Below are positions 1-11,779 of a DNA stretch of 64,000 bases, one piece after another. The notes beneath the pieces were generated by a model. It saw only the letters and a list, made by a program, of their open reading frames with translations, had not been told where the DNA came from and searched no databases. This DNA comes from Longimicrobiales bacterium (GTDB lineage Bacteria > Gemmatimonadota > Gemmatimonadetes > Longimicrobiales > Gaopeijiaceae): positions 736,001 through 800,000 of the forward strand of contig CBDDCX010000008.1 in assembly GCA_965226375.1 (NCBI GenBank), written 5' to 3'. The stretch's first letter is position 1; every line of letters begins with the position of its first letter. A program made the translations under genes and the position numbers.

Positions 1-2
1 TC

Positions 3-197
3 GGCGGGATGACGGACCGGGGCGATGCCCAGGTCATCGGGGCCAGCGTGCCCCTCGGTGAGATGTTCGGATACGCGACCACCCTCCGCTCGCTGAGCCA
101 GGGCCGGGCCGTGTACACGATGCAGTTCGCCCAGTACGAAGAGGTACCTAAGAACACGGCAGACGAAATCATCAACGCCAACGGCGGTGGCGACTAA
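3..197 (+). CDS. fusA: Elongation factor G, C-terminal fragment (runs off window start)
   Basis: [34 protein letters not shown] is EF-G domain V; directly upstream of tuf. Confidence 0.95.
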   Translation, partial: GGMTDRGDAQVIGASVPLGEMFGYATTLRSLSQGRAVYTMQFAQYEEVPKNTADEIINANGGGD

Positions 198-240
198 CCG
201 ATCACCGGAACAGGCGTAGGACGCCTTCGAGGATAGAACC

Positions 241-1427
<1,187 letters not shown>

Positions 1428-1431
<4 letters not shown>

Positions 1432-1640
1432 GTAGGGATTCGAATTTGATCGCGCCGCGACTCGGAGCTGACGCTACTGCCGCTTCGCGGCAGACCCTCG
1501 CTGCGGCGCGATCAAATTCGAATCCTTCGGACATGCGTCACTCCGGTACTACGCCGGACGGTCGCGCGGGCTTGGCGGGAAGGACGTCCGTTGCACGCCC
1601 ACGCGGCGGCTTATTGAGGGCTTGGGCAGGTAGGTAGGGA
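1428..1640. repeat. Palindromic insert: 23-bp perfect inverted repeat (1436-1458/1503-1525) enclosing a GCTTCGC hairpin; ~200 bp flanked by 11-bp direct repeats GTAGGTAGGGA
   Basis: GGATTCGAATTTGATCGCGCCGC...GCGGCGCGATCAAATTCGAATCC; inner CTGCCGC-TTC-GCGGCAG 1477-1493; direct repeats at 1428-1438 and 1630-1640. Confidence 0.8.
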
Positions 1641-1831
1641 GGTACGAAGCAAAGAGCTAGATGGAACGAGAGGTGGGGTGCTGGTTGCCCCGAGGAACAC
1701 ACGGGTAGCGGCGGAGCGAAGTTTTCTTCCGCAGCGTCCCGTCACCACGGTGTAGCGGAGGAAGGAAGCTTCGCTCAAGCCGCGGTACACGAAGCAGCAG
1801 CGGGGCCAACACCCTGCAACGAGAGGAAGAT

Positions 1832-2140
1832 ATGGCGGACAGGATCAGAATCAGGCTGAAGGCCTTCGACCACTGGGTCGTGGATCAGACGGCGGCGGAT
1901 ATCGTGCGGACGGCGCAGAAGACCGGTGCTACCGTGCGGGGTCCTATTCCGTTGCCCACGCGGCGGGAGCGTTGGACGGTTCTACGCTCGCCGCACATCG
2001 ACAAGAAGAGCCGTGAGCAGTTCGAGCTCCGGACGCACAAGCGGCTCATCGACATCGTTGACAGCCGCCCTCAGACGGTCGACGCGCTGACGAAGCTCGA
2101 TCTGCCTGCTGGCGTAGACGTCGAAATCAAGGTCGACTAG
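1832..2140 (+). CDS. rpsJ: 30S ribosomal protein S10
   Basis: [11 protein letters not shown]...GPIPLPT...[14 protein letters not shown]. Confidence 0.99.
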   Translation: MADRIRIRLKAFDHWVVDQTAADIVRTAQKTGATVRGPIPLPTRRERWTVLRSPHIDKKSREQFELRTHKRLIDIVDSRPQTVDALTKLDLPAGVDVEIKVD

Positions 2141-2142
2141 AA

Positions 2143-2760
2143 ATGCCCGGATTGATTGGAAAGAAGATCGGGATGACCCGGATCTTCGACAAAGACGGAA
2201 CGGCGCAGTCCGTGACGGTCGTGGAGGCGGGGCCTTGCCCGGTGCTCCAGCTCAAGAGCGAAGAGACCGATGGGTACACGGCCGTCCAGTTGGGCTTTGG
2301 GGCCCAGAAGGACAAGCGCGGCAGCATGGCTGAAAAGGGCCACGCGGCCAAGGCCGGAGTCGACGTGGCTCCCCGCCTGGTTCGTGAGTTCCCGGTGGAC
2401 GAGGGGGCTGAGCTGGAGCTCGGACAGTCCATCACGGTCGAGGTCTTCGAGGCGGGGGACTCGGTCAAGGTGACCGGTACCTCCAAGGGGAAGGGATTCC
2501 AGGGTGTGGTAAAGCGCTGGGGTTTCGCGGGGCGGCCGGCTTCGCACGGTCACTCCGAGTCGAGGACGCCGGGTTCCATGGGACCCGGAACGGATCCGTC
2601 GAGGGTGATCAAGGGCAAGAAGCTGCCGGGGCGCATGGGTGGCCGAAGGGTTACCCTGGGCAACCAAAAAATCGTGAGAGTGGACGCCGAGCGTAACCTT
2701 CTCTTTATCAAGGGCGGGGTTCCGGGGTCCAGAAACAGCTATCTGTTGATACAGACGTGA
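2143..2760 (+). CDS. rplC: 50S ribosomal protein L3
   Basis: GKKIGMT...GTSKGKGFQGVVKRWGF; operon position. Confidence 0.99.
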   Translation: MPGLIGKKIGMTRIFDKDGTAQSVTVVEAGPCPVLQLKSEETDGYTAVQLGFGAQKDKRGSMAEKGHAAKAGVDVAPRLVREFPVDEGAELELGQSITVEVFEAGDSVKVTGTSKGKGFQGVVKRWGFAGRPASHGHSESRTPGSMGPGTDPSRVIKGKKLPGRMGGRRVTLGNQKIVRVDAERNLLFIKGGVPGSRNSYLLIQT

Positions 2761-2763
2761 CGC

Positions 2764-3876
2764 ATGCTTAAAGCACGCTACTACCAGACTGATGGAGCCC
2801 AGGGGAGTGAGCAGAACCTTCCCGAGTGGCTCTTCGATGGGGTCGTCAACGAAGACGTTCTCCACCAGGTGATCAAGGCCTATCTGTCGAACCAAAGACA
2901 GGGGACGGCCTCGGCCAAGTCCCGTGGACAGGTGAAGGGTGGTTCGGCCAAACCCTGGAAGCAGAAGGGGACTGGACGCGCCCGTTCAGGAACGATCCGG
3001 GCCGCTCAGTGGGCAGGTGGTGGTGTCGCCTTCCCGCCGATCCCCCACTCGTGGCGCCAACGGGTTCCGAAAAAGGTACGGGCCCTTGCCCGGCGCTCCG
3101 CGTTCAACACGCGGGCCCAGGGTGAGCGGGTGGTCCTGGTGGACGCCATCGAGTTCGAGGCTCCCAAGACCAAGCAGCTCTTGACCTTCCTATCGGCCAT
3201 CGGTGCAGAGGGCAAGACCCTGGTACTGACCGACGGGGCCAAGGACAACGTCCACCTTTCGGCCCGCAACCTGCCGCACGTCGAGACACGTCCCTTCGGC
3301 CAGGAATCTGCCTACGACATTCTGTGGGCCAACGTGGTCGTCATCGAGAAGACCGCTCTGGACGCGGCCGAACCGTCTGAGGCGGACCGCGACGCGACAA
3401 CGACCAGGGACCGTGGTGAGCCAGAGGTGCGGGGTCGTGAACGTGAGGCGGCCGAGGCCCAGGCCGAGCGCCGGAAGGCTCGCAGGGGCCACACGAAGTC
3501 GGCCAAGCCGGCGGCTCCCAAGGCCAAGCCCGCAGTCGAAGAGTCGAAGCCCAAGGCCGAAGCGAAAGCCGAAAAGCCCGCGAAGAAGCCGGAACCCGAG
3601 GCGACTGCTGAAGCACCCGCCGAGGCCGCACCCGCCGAGGCAACACCGGCTCCCGAGACCGAGGCGCCCGCCGCAGAGGGAGGCATCGACATCGCCTCTG
3701 TGAAGCCGCCCAAGGTCGGAGAACTGGCCGAGTTCCTCGCGCAGTTCGACTCGGCCGACGACGTGAACGCTCTCAAGGCCAACGACAGCCGCAAGACGGC
3801 CCAGGCCCACTACGACGCGCGCTTGCTCGAGCTTTCGGGTGGTGGCGACGCACAGGAGGAGGGCGACGATGCGTGA
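2764..3876 (+). CDS. rplD: 50S ribosomal protein L4 with ~170-aa C-terminal extension
   Basis: RQGTASAKSR...KPWKQKGTGRARSG core of ~200 aa, then A/E/K/P-rich linker and helical tail. Confidence 0.97.
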   Translation: MLKARYYQTDGAQGSEQNLPEWLFDGVVNEDVLHQVIKAYLSNQRQGTASAKSRGQVKGGSAKPWKQKGTGRARSGTIRAAQWAGGGVAFPPIPHSWRQRVPKKVRALARRSAFNTRAQGERVVLVDAIEFEAPKTKQLLTFLSAIGAEGKTLVLTDGAKDNVHLSARNLPHVETRPFGQESAYDILWANVVVIEKTALDAAEPSEADRDATTTRDRGEPEVRGREREAAEAQAERRKARRGHTKSAKPAAPKAKPAVEESKPKAEAKAEKPAKKPEPEATAEAPAEAAPAEATPAPETEAPAAEGGIDIASVKPPKVGELAEFLAQFDSADDVNALKANDSRKTAQAHYDARLLELSGGGDAQEEGDDA

Positions 3877-4180
3877 TGTCTACGACGTGATCTACTCGCC
3901 GGTCATCTCCGAGAAATCCGCGCAGGCCATCGATGAAGAAAACGTGTACACCTTCATCGTGAACAGGACCGCGAACAAGATCGAGATCGCCCGGGCTGTC
4001 GAGAAGCTCTGGGACGTGAAGGTCGATCACGTTCGCACCATGAGATACGCCGGGAAGGCCAAGCGGGCCATGATGGGCCGCATGTCCCGGAATCCGGCTT
4101 ACGGACGGCGCCCCGCCTTCAAGAAGGCGGTGGTTCAGCTTGCCGAAGGCGACCACATCGAGTTCTACGAGGTCGGATAA
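3869..4180 (+). CDS. rplW: 50S ribosomal protein L23
   Basis: PVISEKS...[18 protein letters not shown]...[10 protein letters not shown] 3869 after AGGAGG. Confidence 0.97.
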   Translation: MRDVYDVIYSPVISEKSAQAIDEENVYTFIVNRTANKIEIARAVEKLWDVKVDHVRTMRYAGKAKRAMMGRMSRNPAYGRRPAFKKAVVQLAEGDHIEFYEVG

Positions 4181-4185
4181 CGCCG

Positions 4186-5028
4186 ATGCCTATCAAGAAA
4201 TTCAAGCCGGTCACTCCGGGAATGCGGTTTCGCTCCATTGTCGACAACTCCGACATTCTCACGAAGAAAGAGCCGGAGAAGTCGCTTCTGGAGCCGCTCA
4301 AGAAGTCGGGTGGACGCAACCACCACGGGAGAATCACCTCTCGCCGGCGGGGCGGCGGACACAAGCGCCGGTATCGCAAGATCGACTTTCGCCGTAACAA
4401 GACCGGGGTTCCCGGCAAGATTGCGGCCATCGAGTACGATCCGAACCGGAGCTCGAATATCGCGTTGGTCCATTATGTGGACGGGGAAAAGCGCTACATC
4501 CTGCATCCGCGGGGCCTTCAGGTGGGCACCATGATCGTGTCGGGGCCCGAGGCGGACATCCGCGTGGGCAATGCGCTGCCTCTCGGGAAGATCCCGTTGG
4601 GTACGGTGGTGCATAACATCGAGCTCAAGCCGGGCAAGGGTGGCCAGATGGCCCGTTCGGCGGGAGCCGGCGTGCAGATCGTCGCCAAGGAAGGCAAATA
4701 CGTCGCTCTACGGTTGCCCTCGACCGAGGTCCGGCAGGTGCTCAATACCTGCATGGCCACGATCGGCCAGGTGGGCAATATTGAGTACAATCTGCAGACG
4801 ATCGGTAAGGCCGGCGCCAATCGCTGGCGTGGCAAGCGCCCCGAGGTCCGTGGTGTGGCGATGAACCCCGTCGACCACCCCCTGGGTGGTGGTGAGGGCA
4901 GAGCCTCCGGAGGACGTCCTCCCGTGACGCCCTGGGGCAAGCGTGAAGGGACGAAGACCCGCAAGAGGAAGAAGCAGTCGAACAAGTACATCATCCGCGG
5001 ACGCAAGCGGGGCAAGGCTACAACGTGA
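4186..5028 (+). CDS. rplB: 50S ribosomal protein L2
   Basis: [25 protein letters not shown]. Confidence 0.99.
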   Translation: MPIKKFKPVTPGMRFRSIVDNSDILTKKEPEKSLLEPLKKSGGRNHHGRITSRRRGGGHKRRYRKIDFRRNKTGVPGKIAAIEYDPNRSSNIALVHYVDGEKRYILHPRGLQVGTMIVSGPEADIRVGNALPLGKIPLGTVVHNIELKPGKGGQMARSAGAGVQIVAKEGKYVALRLPSTEVRQVLNTCMATIGQVGNIEYNLQTIGKAGANRWRGKRPEVRGVAMNPVDHPLGGGEGRASGGRPPVTPWGKREGTKTRKRKKQSNKYIIRGRKRGKATT

Positions 5029-5044
5029 TGCCTCATGATCCGCG

Positions 5045-5148
5045 ACGGTGGAGCACAACGGTGGAGCACAACGGTGGAGCACAACGGTGGAGCACAATGG
5101 TGGTGCACAATGGTGGAGCACGATGGTGGAGCACGATGGTGGAGCAGA
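5045..5148 (+). repeat. Tandem repeat, 8 copies of 13-bp unit A(C/T)GGTGGAGCAC(A/G)
   Basis: 4 identical ACGGTGGAGCACA followed by 4 ATGGTGG-type variants, in the rplB-rpsS spacer. Confidence 0.97.
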
Positions 5149-5158
5149 GGTCGGTCAT

Positions 5159-5446
5159 ATGCCGCGTAGCGTAAAGAAGGGTCCGTACATCGACGAGAAG
5201 CTTCTCATGAAGATCGAGATCATGAATTCCCGTGGGGAGAAAAAGGTCATCAAGACCTGGGCACGGGCGTCCACCATCTCGCCGGACTTCGTGGGACACA
5301 CGGTCGCGGTGCACAACGGGAACAAGTTCATTCCCGTGTACATCACGGAAAACATGGTGGGCCACAAGCTCGGTGAATTCTCTCCCACCAGGCTCTTCAG
5401 GGGTCACGGTGGAAGACTCGCCGACAAGCGGTCTTCGGTGAGGTAG
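5159..5446 (+). CDS. rpsS: 30S ribosomal protein S19
   Basis: [10 protein letters not shown]...KTWARAS...[16 protein letters not shown] 5159 with GAGG upstream. Confidence 0.98.
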   Translation: MPRSVKKGPYIDEKLLMKIEIMNSRGEKKVIKTWARASTISPDFVGHTVAVHNGNKFIPVYITENMVGHKLGEFSPTRLFRGHGGRLADKRSSVR

Positions 5447-5453
5447 GCGAGAG

Positions 5454-5810
5454 ATGCAGATGCAAGCAACGGCGATTGCTCGTCACGTACGTATGAGCCC
5501 GCGTAAGATCCGCCTGGTGGTGGATCAGATCCGTGGGAAGTCGGTCAACGAGGCGTATGCCATCCTTCGATTCTCGAAGAAGGCTGCAGCGGATCCCGTG
5601 GGGAAGACCCTGCGCTCCGCCGTGGCGAACGCACAGAACAGAGCTCAGGACCATGGCGACGTCCTGGACGTGGACGAACTGACGGTCGCTACCGCGTTCG
5701 TCGACGAGGGCCCGACGCTCAAGCGTTGGAGGGCTCGCGCCATGGGTCGTGCTGGCCGCATCAACAAGCGGACCAGCCACATCACTGTAGTTGTGGACGC
5801 GAAGGAATAA
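5454..5810 (+). CDS. rplV: 50S ribosomal protein L22
   Basis: [14 protein letters not shown]...[18 protein letters not shown]. Confidence 0.98.
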   Translation: MQMQATAIARHVRMSPRKIRLVVDQIRGKSVNEAYAILRFSKKAAADPVGKTLRSAVANAQNRAQDHGDVLDVDELTVATAFVDEGPTLKRWRARAMGRAGRINKRTSHITVVVDAKE

Positions 5811-5812
5811 GA

Positions 5813-6472
5813 ATGGGACAGAAGACTCACCCATTGGGGTTCCGTCTAGGGATCGTCAAGGACTGGAAGTCCCGCTGGTATGCCGAGCGTGACTTCCCGC
5901 GCCTTCTCCAAGAGGACGAGACCATCCGGAAGTACCTCCATCGGCGCCTCGCGCATGCCGCACTCTCCAAGGTGGAGATCGAGCGGAAGCCGTCGAAGAT
6001 CGTCGTCACGCTGTTTACAGCACGCCCCGGAGTGGTGATCGGAAAACGCGGAGCCGAGGTCGACAAGCTGCGCGACGAGCTGGCGGTACTGACCAAGGCG
6101 GAGATTTCCGTGAACGTCGAGGAGATCCGTCGGCCCGAGGTCGACGCCCGGTTGGTGGCCGAGAACGTGGCCCATCAGCTCCGGCAGCGGATCTCGTTCC
6201 GTCGCGCAATGAAGCGGGCCGTCCAGTCCGCCATGAGAGGTGGCGCCGAGGGCATCAAGATTCAGTGTGCAGGTCGCCTGGGCGGCGCCGAGATCGCACG
6301 CACCGAGGGATACAACGAGGGGCGTGTGCCGCTCCATACTCTCCGTGCCGACATAGACTACGCACAGGTTACTGCCATCACCACATACGGAACCGTAGGT
6401 GTGAAGTGCTGGATCTTCCGTGGCGAAGTCGTTGAAGAGCGCCGTGACCATACGTACTCCACCGGCGCCTGA
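5813..6472 (+). CDS. rpsC: 30S ribosomal protein S3
   Basis: [13 protein letters not shown]...[14 protein letters not shown]. Confidence 0.99.
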   Translation: MGQKTHPLGFRLGIVKDWKSRWYAERDFPRLLQEDETIRKYLHRRLAHAALSKVEIERKPSKIVVTLFTARPGVVIGKRGAEVDKLRDELAVLTKAEISVNVEEIRRPEVDARLVAENVAHQLRQRISFRRAMKRAVQSAMRGGAEGIKIQCAGRLGGAEIARTEGYNEGRVPLHTLRADIDYAQVTAITTYGTVGVKCWIFRGEVVEERRDHTYSTGA

Positions 6473-6505
6473 CCGCCGACGCTTCAGCGAGAGGATTAGA
6501 AGACG

Positions 6506-6922
6506 ATGCTAGCGCCAAAGCGCGTAAAACACCGTAAGACGCATAAGGGCCGGATGCGCGGAAAAGCGCTTCGCGGCAACAAGGTCTCGTTCGGTGAGTA
6601 CGGCCTCCAGACGACCGAGTGCGGCTGGATCTCGAACCGCCAGATCGAGTCCGCTCGTGTTGCCATGACCCGCCATATCAAACGTGGTGGCAAGGTCTGG
6701 ATCCGGATCTTTCCCGACAAGCCGATCACGTCCAAGCCGGCCGAGACCCGCATGGGCAAGGGTAAGGGTAATCCCGAGGGATGGGTGGCCGTGGTAAAGC
6801 CGGGCAGAATGATGTTCGAGCTGGAGGGTGTCGACGTGGAGGTCGCCAAGCGGGCCATGCAGCTAGCTGCAGCCAAGCTTCCCGTGGCGACGCGCTTCGT
6901 CATCCGAGAGCATCAGCTCTAG
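6506..6922 (+). CDS. rplP: 50S ribosomal protein L16
   Basis: [22 protein letters not shown]. Confidence 0.99.
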   Translation: MLAPKRVKHRKTHKGRMRGKALRGNKVSFGEYGLQTTECGWISNRQIESARVAMTRHIKRGGKVWIRIFPDKPITSKPAETRMGKGKGNPEGWVAVVKPGRMMFELEGVDVEVAKRAMQLAAAKLPVATRFVIREHQL

Positions 6923-6942
6923 CAAACAGACGAGAAGAGACG

Positions 6943-7215
6943 ATGAAGGCTGAAGACATACGCGAGTGGGACAACACAGAGGTCTCCGCCCGGCTCGGGG
7001 AGTTGAAGGAGGAGCAGTTCCGCCTCCGCTTCCGGACCGGGACCATGGACCTCGAAAACCCCAAGATGCTGATGCATATCCGGCGCGATATCGCGCGCCT
7101 GCACACCATACTCCGAGAGCGTGAGATGGCCGCGCAATCCGAAGAGTCAATCGCGGAATCTGCAACCGCAGAATCCGCGGCCTCAACCGGGCAATCCGAA
7201 GAGTCGACCGAGTAA
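6943..7215 (+). CDS. rpmC: 50S ribosomal protein L29 with acidic C-terminal tail
   Basis: [11 protein letters not shown]...[14 protein letters not shown]; operon position. Confidence 0.95.
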   Translation: MKAEDIREWDNTEVSARLGELKEEQFRLRFRTGTMDLENPKMLMHIRRDIARLHTILREREMAAQSEESIAESATAESAASTGQSEESTE

Positions 7216-7217
7216 CC

Positions 7218-7544
7218 ATGACAGAGAATACATCGGAACAGGCCGAAACGGCCGAGACTGCCGAGGCACCCGAGGCACCCGAGGCTGATGAGGCCCGGAA
7301 TCGGCGGAAGGTCCGGACAGGCGTGGTGACCAGTGACAAGAGCGACAAGACCGTGACCGTGCGAGTGGAGCGGCAGTTTGCCCATCCCCTGTACACGAAG
7401 CAGGTCAGGAAGACCAAGAAGTACCACGCCCACGACGAAGAGAATCAGTACAAGGAAGGCGACGTGGTCAGGATCGTGGAGACCCGGCCTCTGTCGAAGA
7501 CCAAGCGGTGGCGTGTACTAGGGCTGCTTGAACGCTCCGAATAA
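7218..7544 (+). CDS. rpsQ: 30S ribosomal protein S17 with acidic N-terminal tail
   Basis: [11 protein letters not shown]...HPLYTK...[11 protein letters not shown]. Confidence 0.98.
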   Translation: MTENTSEQAETAETAEAPEAPEADEARNRRKVRTGVVTSDKSDKTVTVRVERQFAHPLYTKQVRKTKKYHAHDEENQYKEGDVVRIVETRPLSKTKRWRVLGLLERSE

Positions 7545-7594
7545 GAGCATCACCGCGCTTTTTACGTGATTTTGACGCGATTTAGGACACAGAG

Positions 7595-7963
7595 ATGATT
7601 CAGCAGGAATCGATCCTCAAGATTGCCGACAACTCAGGGGCCAAGAGCGCCCTGTGTATTCGGGTCTTGGGTGGATCACGGCGACGCTATGCCAGCGTCG
7701 GTGATGTGATCGTGGCCACGATCAAGGACGCCATTCCCAACTCACCCGTGAAGAAGGGTGAAGTGGTGCAGGCGGTGATCGTGCGTACGGCCAAGGAAGT
7801 GCGGCGTCGTGATGGTACCTACATCCGCTTCGACGACAACGCGGCGGTGCTCATCACCCCACAGGGCGAGCCCCGCGGCACCCGCATCTTCGGGCCCGTC
7901 GGGCGGGAATTGCGTGAGAAGAAGTACATGAAGATCGTTTCGTTGGCTCCGGAGGTGCTGTAA
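7595..7963 (+). CDS. rplN: 50S ribosomal protein L14
   Basis: ADNSGAK...GTRIFGPV...SLAPEVL. Confidence 0.99.
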   Translation: MIQQESILKIADNSGAKSALCIRVLGGSRRRYASVGDVIVATIKDAIPNSPVKKGEVVQAVIVRTAKEVRRRDGTYIRFDDNAAVLITPQGEPRGTRIFGPVGRELREKKYMKIVSLAPEVL

Positions 7964-8301
7964 TGGCCAGCAATGCGTTGAAGTACTCGATCGTAAAGGG
8001 TGACCGGGTCAAGGTGATCCGTGGCAACCATCGCGATATGGAAGGAACCGTTCTCCGGGTGCTCAGGGATGACGGGCGGCTCGTGGTCGAGGGCGTGAAC
8101 ATGCGCAAGCGCCACGAGCGTCCCACCGAGGCGAATCCGGAGGGTGGAATCATGACCTTCGAGGCCCCGATCCACATGTCCAACGTGATGTTGGTGGATC
8201 CGGCCTCGGATCAGGCGAGCCGGGTCCGCACGCGGATCGAGGCCGATGGCACCAAAGAGAGGATTGCCGTAAAGACCGGCAATCCGATCCCCAAGCCGTA
8301 G
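7963..8301 (+). CDS. rplX: 50S ribosomal protein L24
   Basis: KGDRVKVIRG...VEGVNM...EAPIHMSNV. Confidence 0.97.
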   Translation: MASNALKYSIVKGDRVKVIRGNHRDMEGTVLRVLRDDGRLVVEGVNMRKRHERPTEANPEGGIMTFEAPIHMSNVMLVDPASDQASRVRTRIEADGTKERIAVKTGNPIPKP

Positions 8302-8367
8302 CGGGAGCCGTCGACTCACATCGGATCGACGTACACTGCTGTGGCGTGACTGTGGGACTGAGAGAGC

Positions 8368-8943
8368 ATGGAACCGAGACTACTGACACACTATAGGGAG
8401 CATGCCCGCGCACGGTTGGCGGAGCAGTTCCAGTGGGGGAACCCCCACCGGATTCCCAAGATCGAGAAGGTCGTGTTGAACGTGGGCGTGGGCGAAGCGT
8501 CGAAGAACGCGAAGCTCCTTACGTCCGTCGTGGAGGAGCTGGGCGTCATCACCGGCCAGAAGGCCGTGGTGACGCGCGCACGGAAGTCGATCTCGAACTT
8601 CTCGCTCCGCGAAGGCATGCCCATCGGAGCGGCGGTTACGCTTCGACAGCACCGTATGTACGAGTTCCTGGATCGACTGGTGAGTATCGCGATACCGCGG
8701 GTGAGGGACTTCCGCGGGCTGCGGACGCGCGCCTTCGACGGTCGGGGCAACTTCACGATGGGCGTCCGGGAGCAGATCATCTTCCCGGAGATCGACTACG
8801 ACAAGGTCGGTCAGATTCACGGAATGAACATCACCGTCGTCACGACGACTGACAAAGACGACGAGGCGCTTGCTCTACTTCGCGAGATGGGCTTCCCCTT
8901 CCAAGGGGCAGATCCGATCGTGATCGGGCAGCACGCCAACTAA
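8368..8943 (+). CDS. rplE: 50S ribosomal protein L5
   Basis: PRVRDFRGL...FDGRGNF...[10 protein letters not shown]. Confidence 0.99.
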   Translation: MEPRLLTHYREHARARLAEQFQWGNPHRIPKIEKVVLNVGVGEASKNAKLLTSVVEELGVITGQKAVVTRARKSISNFSLREGMPIGAAVTLRQHRMYEFLDRLVSIAIPRVRDFRGLRTRAFDGRGNFTMGVREQIIFPEIDYDKVGQIHGMNITVVTTTDKDDEALALLREMGFPFQGADPIVIGQHAN

Positions 8944-8961
8944 CACGGACAGGGGAGTTCG

Positions 8962-9147
8962 ATGGCCAGGAAGGCGTTGATCGAGAGGAACAACCGCGAG
9001 CCCAAGTTTCCGGGCCGGCATCGGAATCGGTGTCAGCGCTGCGGGCGCCCACGTGCATTCATTCGGAAGTTCGGGATCTGTCGGATTTGTTTCCGCCAGA
9101 AGGCCCTTCAGGGCGAAATCCCGGGCGTCCGGAAAGCAAGCTGGTAA
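8962..9147 (+). CDS. rpsN: 30S ribosomal protein S14, zinc-binding (type Z)
   Basis: 61 aa, CQRC...[15 protein letters not shown]. Confidence 0.97.
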   Translation: MARKALIERNNREPKFPGRHRNRCQRCGRPRAFIRKFGICRICFRQKALQGEIPGVRKASW

Positions 9148-9162
9148 AGGATTGAAACGGCT

Positions 9163-9555
9163 ATGATGACGGATCCCATTGCGGACATGCTCACGCGTAT
9201 CCGGAACGCCGGTAACGCAGGGCACAAGTGGGCGGACATGCCGGTCTCGAAGCTGAAGACCGAAGTGGCGCGCCTGCTGAAGGAGAACCACTTCGTCTAT
9301 GACTACAAGATTCTGGCCGATGGTAATTTCGGAGTTCTCCGTGTGTATCTGAAGTATCACGAAGAGGGCCCGATCATTCGGTACATCGAGCGTGTATCAC
9401 GCCCGGGTCGTCGTCGCTACGTGGCCGTTGATAAGATTCCCCGGGTTCGCAACGGACTGGGGATGGCCATCCTGTCCACTTCGCAGGGACTGATGTCGGA
9501 CCGGGTCGCTCGCAAAGAGGGCATGGGTGGTGAGCTCATGGCTCTGGTCTGGTAA
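9163..9555 (+). CDS. rpsH: 30S ribosomal protein S8
   Basis: TDPIADMLTRIRN...SRPGRRRY. Confidence 0.99.
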   Translation: MMTDPIADMLTRIRNAGNAGHKWADMPVSKLKTEVARLLKENHFVYDYKILADGNFGVLRVYLKYHEEGPIIRYIERVSRPGRRRYVAVDKIPRVRNGLGMAILSTSQGLMSDRVARKEGMGGELMALVW

Positions 9556-9570
9556 AGGGATAGATCTGAT

Positions 9571-10113
9571 ATGTCTCGGATTGGAAAACAGCCCATCGAG
9601 GTGCCCCAGGGCGTCGACGTGACCGTGAGCGGGCAGAACGTGAAGGTGAAGGGTGCCAAAGGGCAGCTCACCTTCGACGCACACGCCGACATGACGGTCA
9701 CGATGGACGACGGGGTGGTCTCGGTTACGCGTCCTTCGGATCAGCCGCAGCACCGCGCGCTACACGGTCTGACGCGCACGCTCATCGCCAACATGGTCGA
9801 GGGTGTGGTCAACGGATACAGCAAGACCCTCGAGATCCAGGGGGTCGGCTATAAGGCGGAGAAGCAAGGCCAGGGCATCAAGTTGACCCTCGGCTTCTCC
9901 CACACGATCGAATATCCGGCGCCCGACGGCGTGGAGCTCGATACACCGAACCCGACCACGATTGTCATAGCCGGGATCGACAAACAAAAGGTGGGCCAAG
10001 CGGCCGCCGAGATTCGCGCCTTCCGTCCCCCGGAGCCGTACAAGGGCAAGGGCATTCGCTACCAGGGGGAGCACGTCCGCCGCAAGGCCGGTAAGACGGC
10101 TGCCGCGACCTAA
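9571..10113 (+). CDS. rplF: 50S ribosomal protein L6
   Basis: MSRIGKQP...[13 protein letters not shown]. Confidence 0.99.
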   Translation: MSRIGKQPIEVPQGVDVTVSGQNVKVKGAKGQLTFDAHADMTVTMDDGVVSVTRPSDQPQHRALHGLTRTLIANMVEGVVNGYSKTLEIQGVGYKAEKQGQGIKLTLGFSHTIEYPAPDGVELDTPNPTTIVIAGIDKQKVGQAAAEIRAFRPPEPYKGKGIRYQGEHVRRKAGKTAAAT

Positions 10114-10127
10114 GAACGAACGGAATC

Positions 10128-10508
10128 ATGAGCACTAAAACCAAGAAAAACAGACCGGCTCAGCGGGCTCGGCGGCACGCGCGGATCCGAAAGAAGATCT
10201 GGGGTACGGCGGAGCGTCCGAGGCTGGTCGTGTTCCGTTCCCTGAAGAACTTCGAGGGGCAGTTGGTGAATGACGATGCCGGCAACACGCTGGTGGGTCT
10301 CTCCACGCTCTGTGCAGACCTCCCCGACTTCAAGGCCGAGGGCTCGAACCCGCGCGTCGAGCGCGCGCGTACTGCAGGGAAGCTTCTTGCGGAGCGTGCT
10401 GTGGCCAAGGGAGTCGAATCCGTCGTGTTCGATCGCGGTGGATACCAGTATCACGGCCGGGTCAAGGCATTCGCCGATGGCGCCCGGGAGGGAGGGCTTC
10501 AGTTCTGA
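10128..10508 (+). CDS. rplR: 50S ribosomal protein L18
   Basis: RPRLVVFRS...[16 protein letters not shown]. Confidence 0.98.
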   Translation: MSTKTKKNRPAQRARRHARIRKKIWGTAERPRLVVFRSLKNFEGQLVNDDAGNTLVGLSTLCADLPDFKAEGSNPRVERARTAGKLLAERAVAKGVESVVFDRGGYQYHGRVKAFADGAREGGLQF

Positions 10509-11038
10509 TGGCCAGGGATCAAAAACGCAGAGAGAGCCGCGGGCGCGAGTCCGAGTTCACAGAGAACGTGATCCACATCAACCGCGTGGCCAAGGTCGTC
10601 AAGGGTGGTCGCCGGTTCTCCTTTACCGCGCTGGTGTCCGTAGGCGACCAGAAGGGTCGCGTCGGTATCGGGCTCGCCAAGGCGAACGAGGTGGCCGAGG
10701 CCATCCGTAAGGCCTTCGAGCGCGGCAAGAAGGACATGATCGAGATTCCCGTTCGTAACGGGACCATTCCGCACGAGATCATCGGCCGGTGGGGCGCGGG
10801 GCGCGTCATGTTGCGCCCGGCCTCGCCCGGAACCGGTGTGATCGCCGGTGGGCCGGTACGCTCCGTCCTCGAGGCCGTGGGCATCAAGGACATCCTGACG
10901 AAGAGCCAGGGGAGCAACAATCCGATCAACGTGGTGAGAGCGACTATGCACGGACTCACCAACTTGGTGACTCCCGAGCAGGCGGCCATGGAGCGGGGTG
11001 TTCCCGTGGAGGTCATCCTGGGAGGCGATCGTGGCTAA
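10508..11038 (+). CDS. rpsE: 30S ribosomal protein S5
   Basis: [16 protein letters not shown]...PGTGVIAGG. Confidence 0.99.
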   Translation: MARDQKRRESRGRESEFTENVIHINRVAKVVKGGRRFSFTALVSVGDQKGRVGIGLAKANEVAEAIRKAFERGKKDMIEIPVRNGTIPHEIIGRWGAGRVMLRPASPGTGVIAGGPVRSVLEAVGIKDILTKSQGSNNPINVVRATMHGLTNLVTPEQAAMERGVPVEVILGGDRG

Positions 11039-11213
11039 CAAGCTGTCCATCACCCAGGTCCGGAGCGGCGTCGGTCGCAAGTTCAAGCACAGGCGTACGT
11101 TGACGGCCCTTGGGTTCAAGAAGCACCAGCAGACGGTGGTGCATGACGATACACCTGCTATCCGCGGGATGGTGAAGCAGGTTTGGCACCTGGTAAAGGT
11201 AGAAGAGATCTAA
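11031..11213 (+). CDS. rpmD: 50S ribosomal protein L30
   Basis: GTG start after GGAGG; ITQVRS...TLTALG...TPAIRGMV. Confidence 0.93.
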   Translation: MANKLSITQVRSGVGRKFKHRRTLTALGFKKHQQTVVHDDTPAIRGMVKQVWHLVKVEEI

Positions 11214-11215
11214 GA

Positions 11216-11779
11216 ATGTCCGAGCTACACGAACTACGTCCCGCTCCTGGCTCCACGAGCCGGTCGAAGCGGAAAGGGCGAGGCCCAGGCTCCGGGAAAG
11301 GCAAGACTGCCGGTCGCGGAGAGAATGGCCAGAAGTCCCGCAGTGGTGGCTCCATCCGTCTCGGATTCGAGGGCGGACAGATGCCTTTGCAGAGGCGTAT
11401 CCCCAAACGGGGATTCACGCAGCGCAACCGCACCGTGTACCAGATCGTGAACGTGGGTGATCTCGGTCGTATCGAGGGAACCACGGTCACCGCCGAGCTG
11501 TTGAAAGAGGCGGGTTTGATCCGGTCCGCGAGTCGGTTGGTAAAGATTCTCGCCACGGGCGACGTGAGCCAGGCGTATACCGTCGAGGCACACAAGTTCA
11601 GCGGCGGCGCCGTGACCAAAATCGAAGCGGCCGGCGGATCGACCACGGTGCTCACGAGCGGCGGGAGCGACTCGCGGGCCAAGGGCTCCAAGCTTCAGAA
11701 GAAGAGGGTGCCGGAGAAGGCTGCCGCAGAGGCAGCGGACACACCGGCTGCCGAGGCCGAAGCGGAGACCGATGGTTAA
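11216..11779 (+). CDS. rplO: 50S ribosomal protein L15 with C-terminal tail
   Basis: [15 protein letters not shown]...[17 protein letters not shown]. Confidence 0.98.
   Translation: MSELHELRPAPGSTSRSKRKGRGPGSGKGKTAGRGENGQKSRSGGSIRLGFEGGQMPLQRRIPKRGFTQRNRTVYQIVNVGDLGRIEGTTVTAELLKEAGLIRSASRLVKILATGDVSQAYTVEAHKFSGGAVTKIEAAGGSTTVLTSGGSDSRAKGSKLQKKRVPEKAAAEAADTPAAEAEAETDG

Noticed and set aside
5045..5148. Possible CRISPR array
   Set aside because: Contiguous 13-bp units with no spacers and no cas genes; it is a tandem repeat
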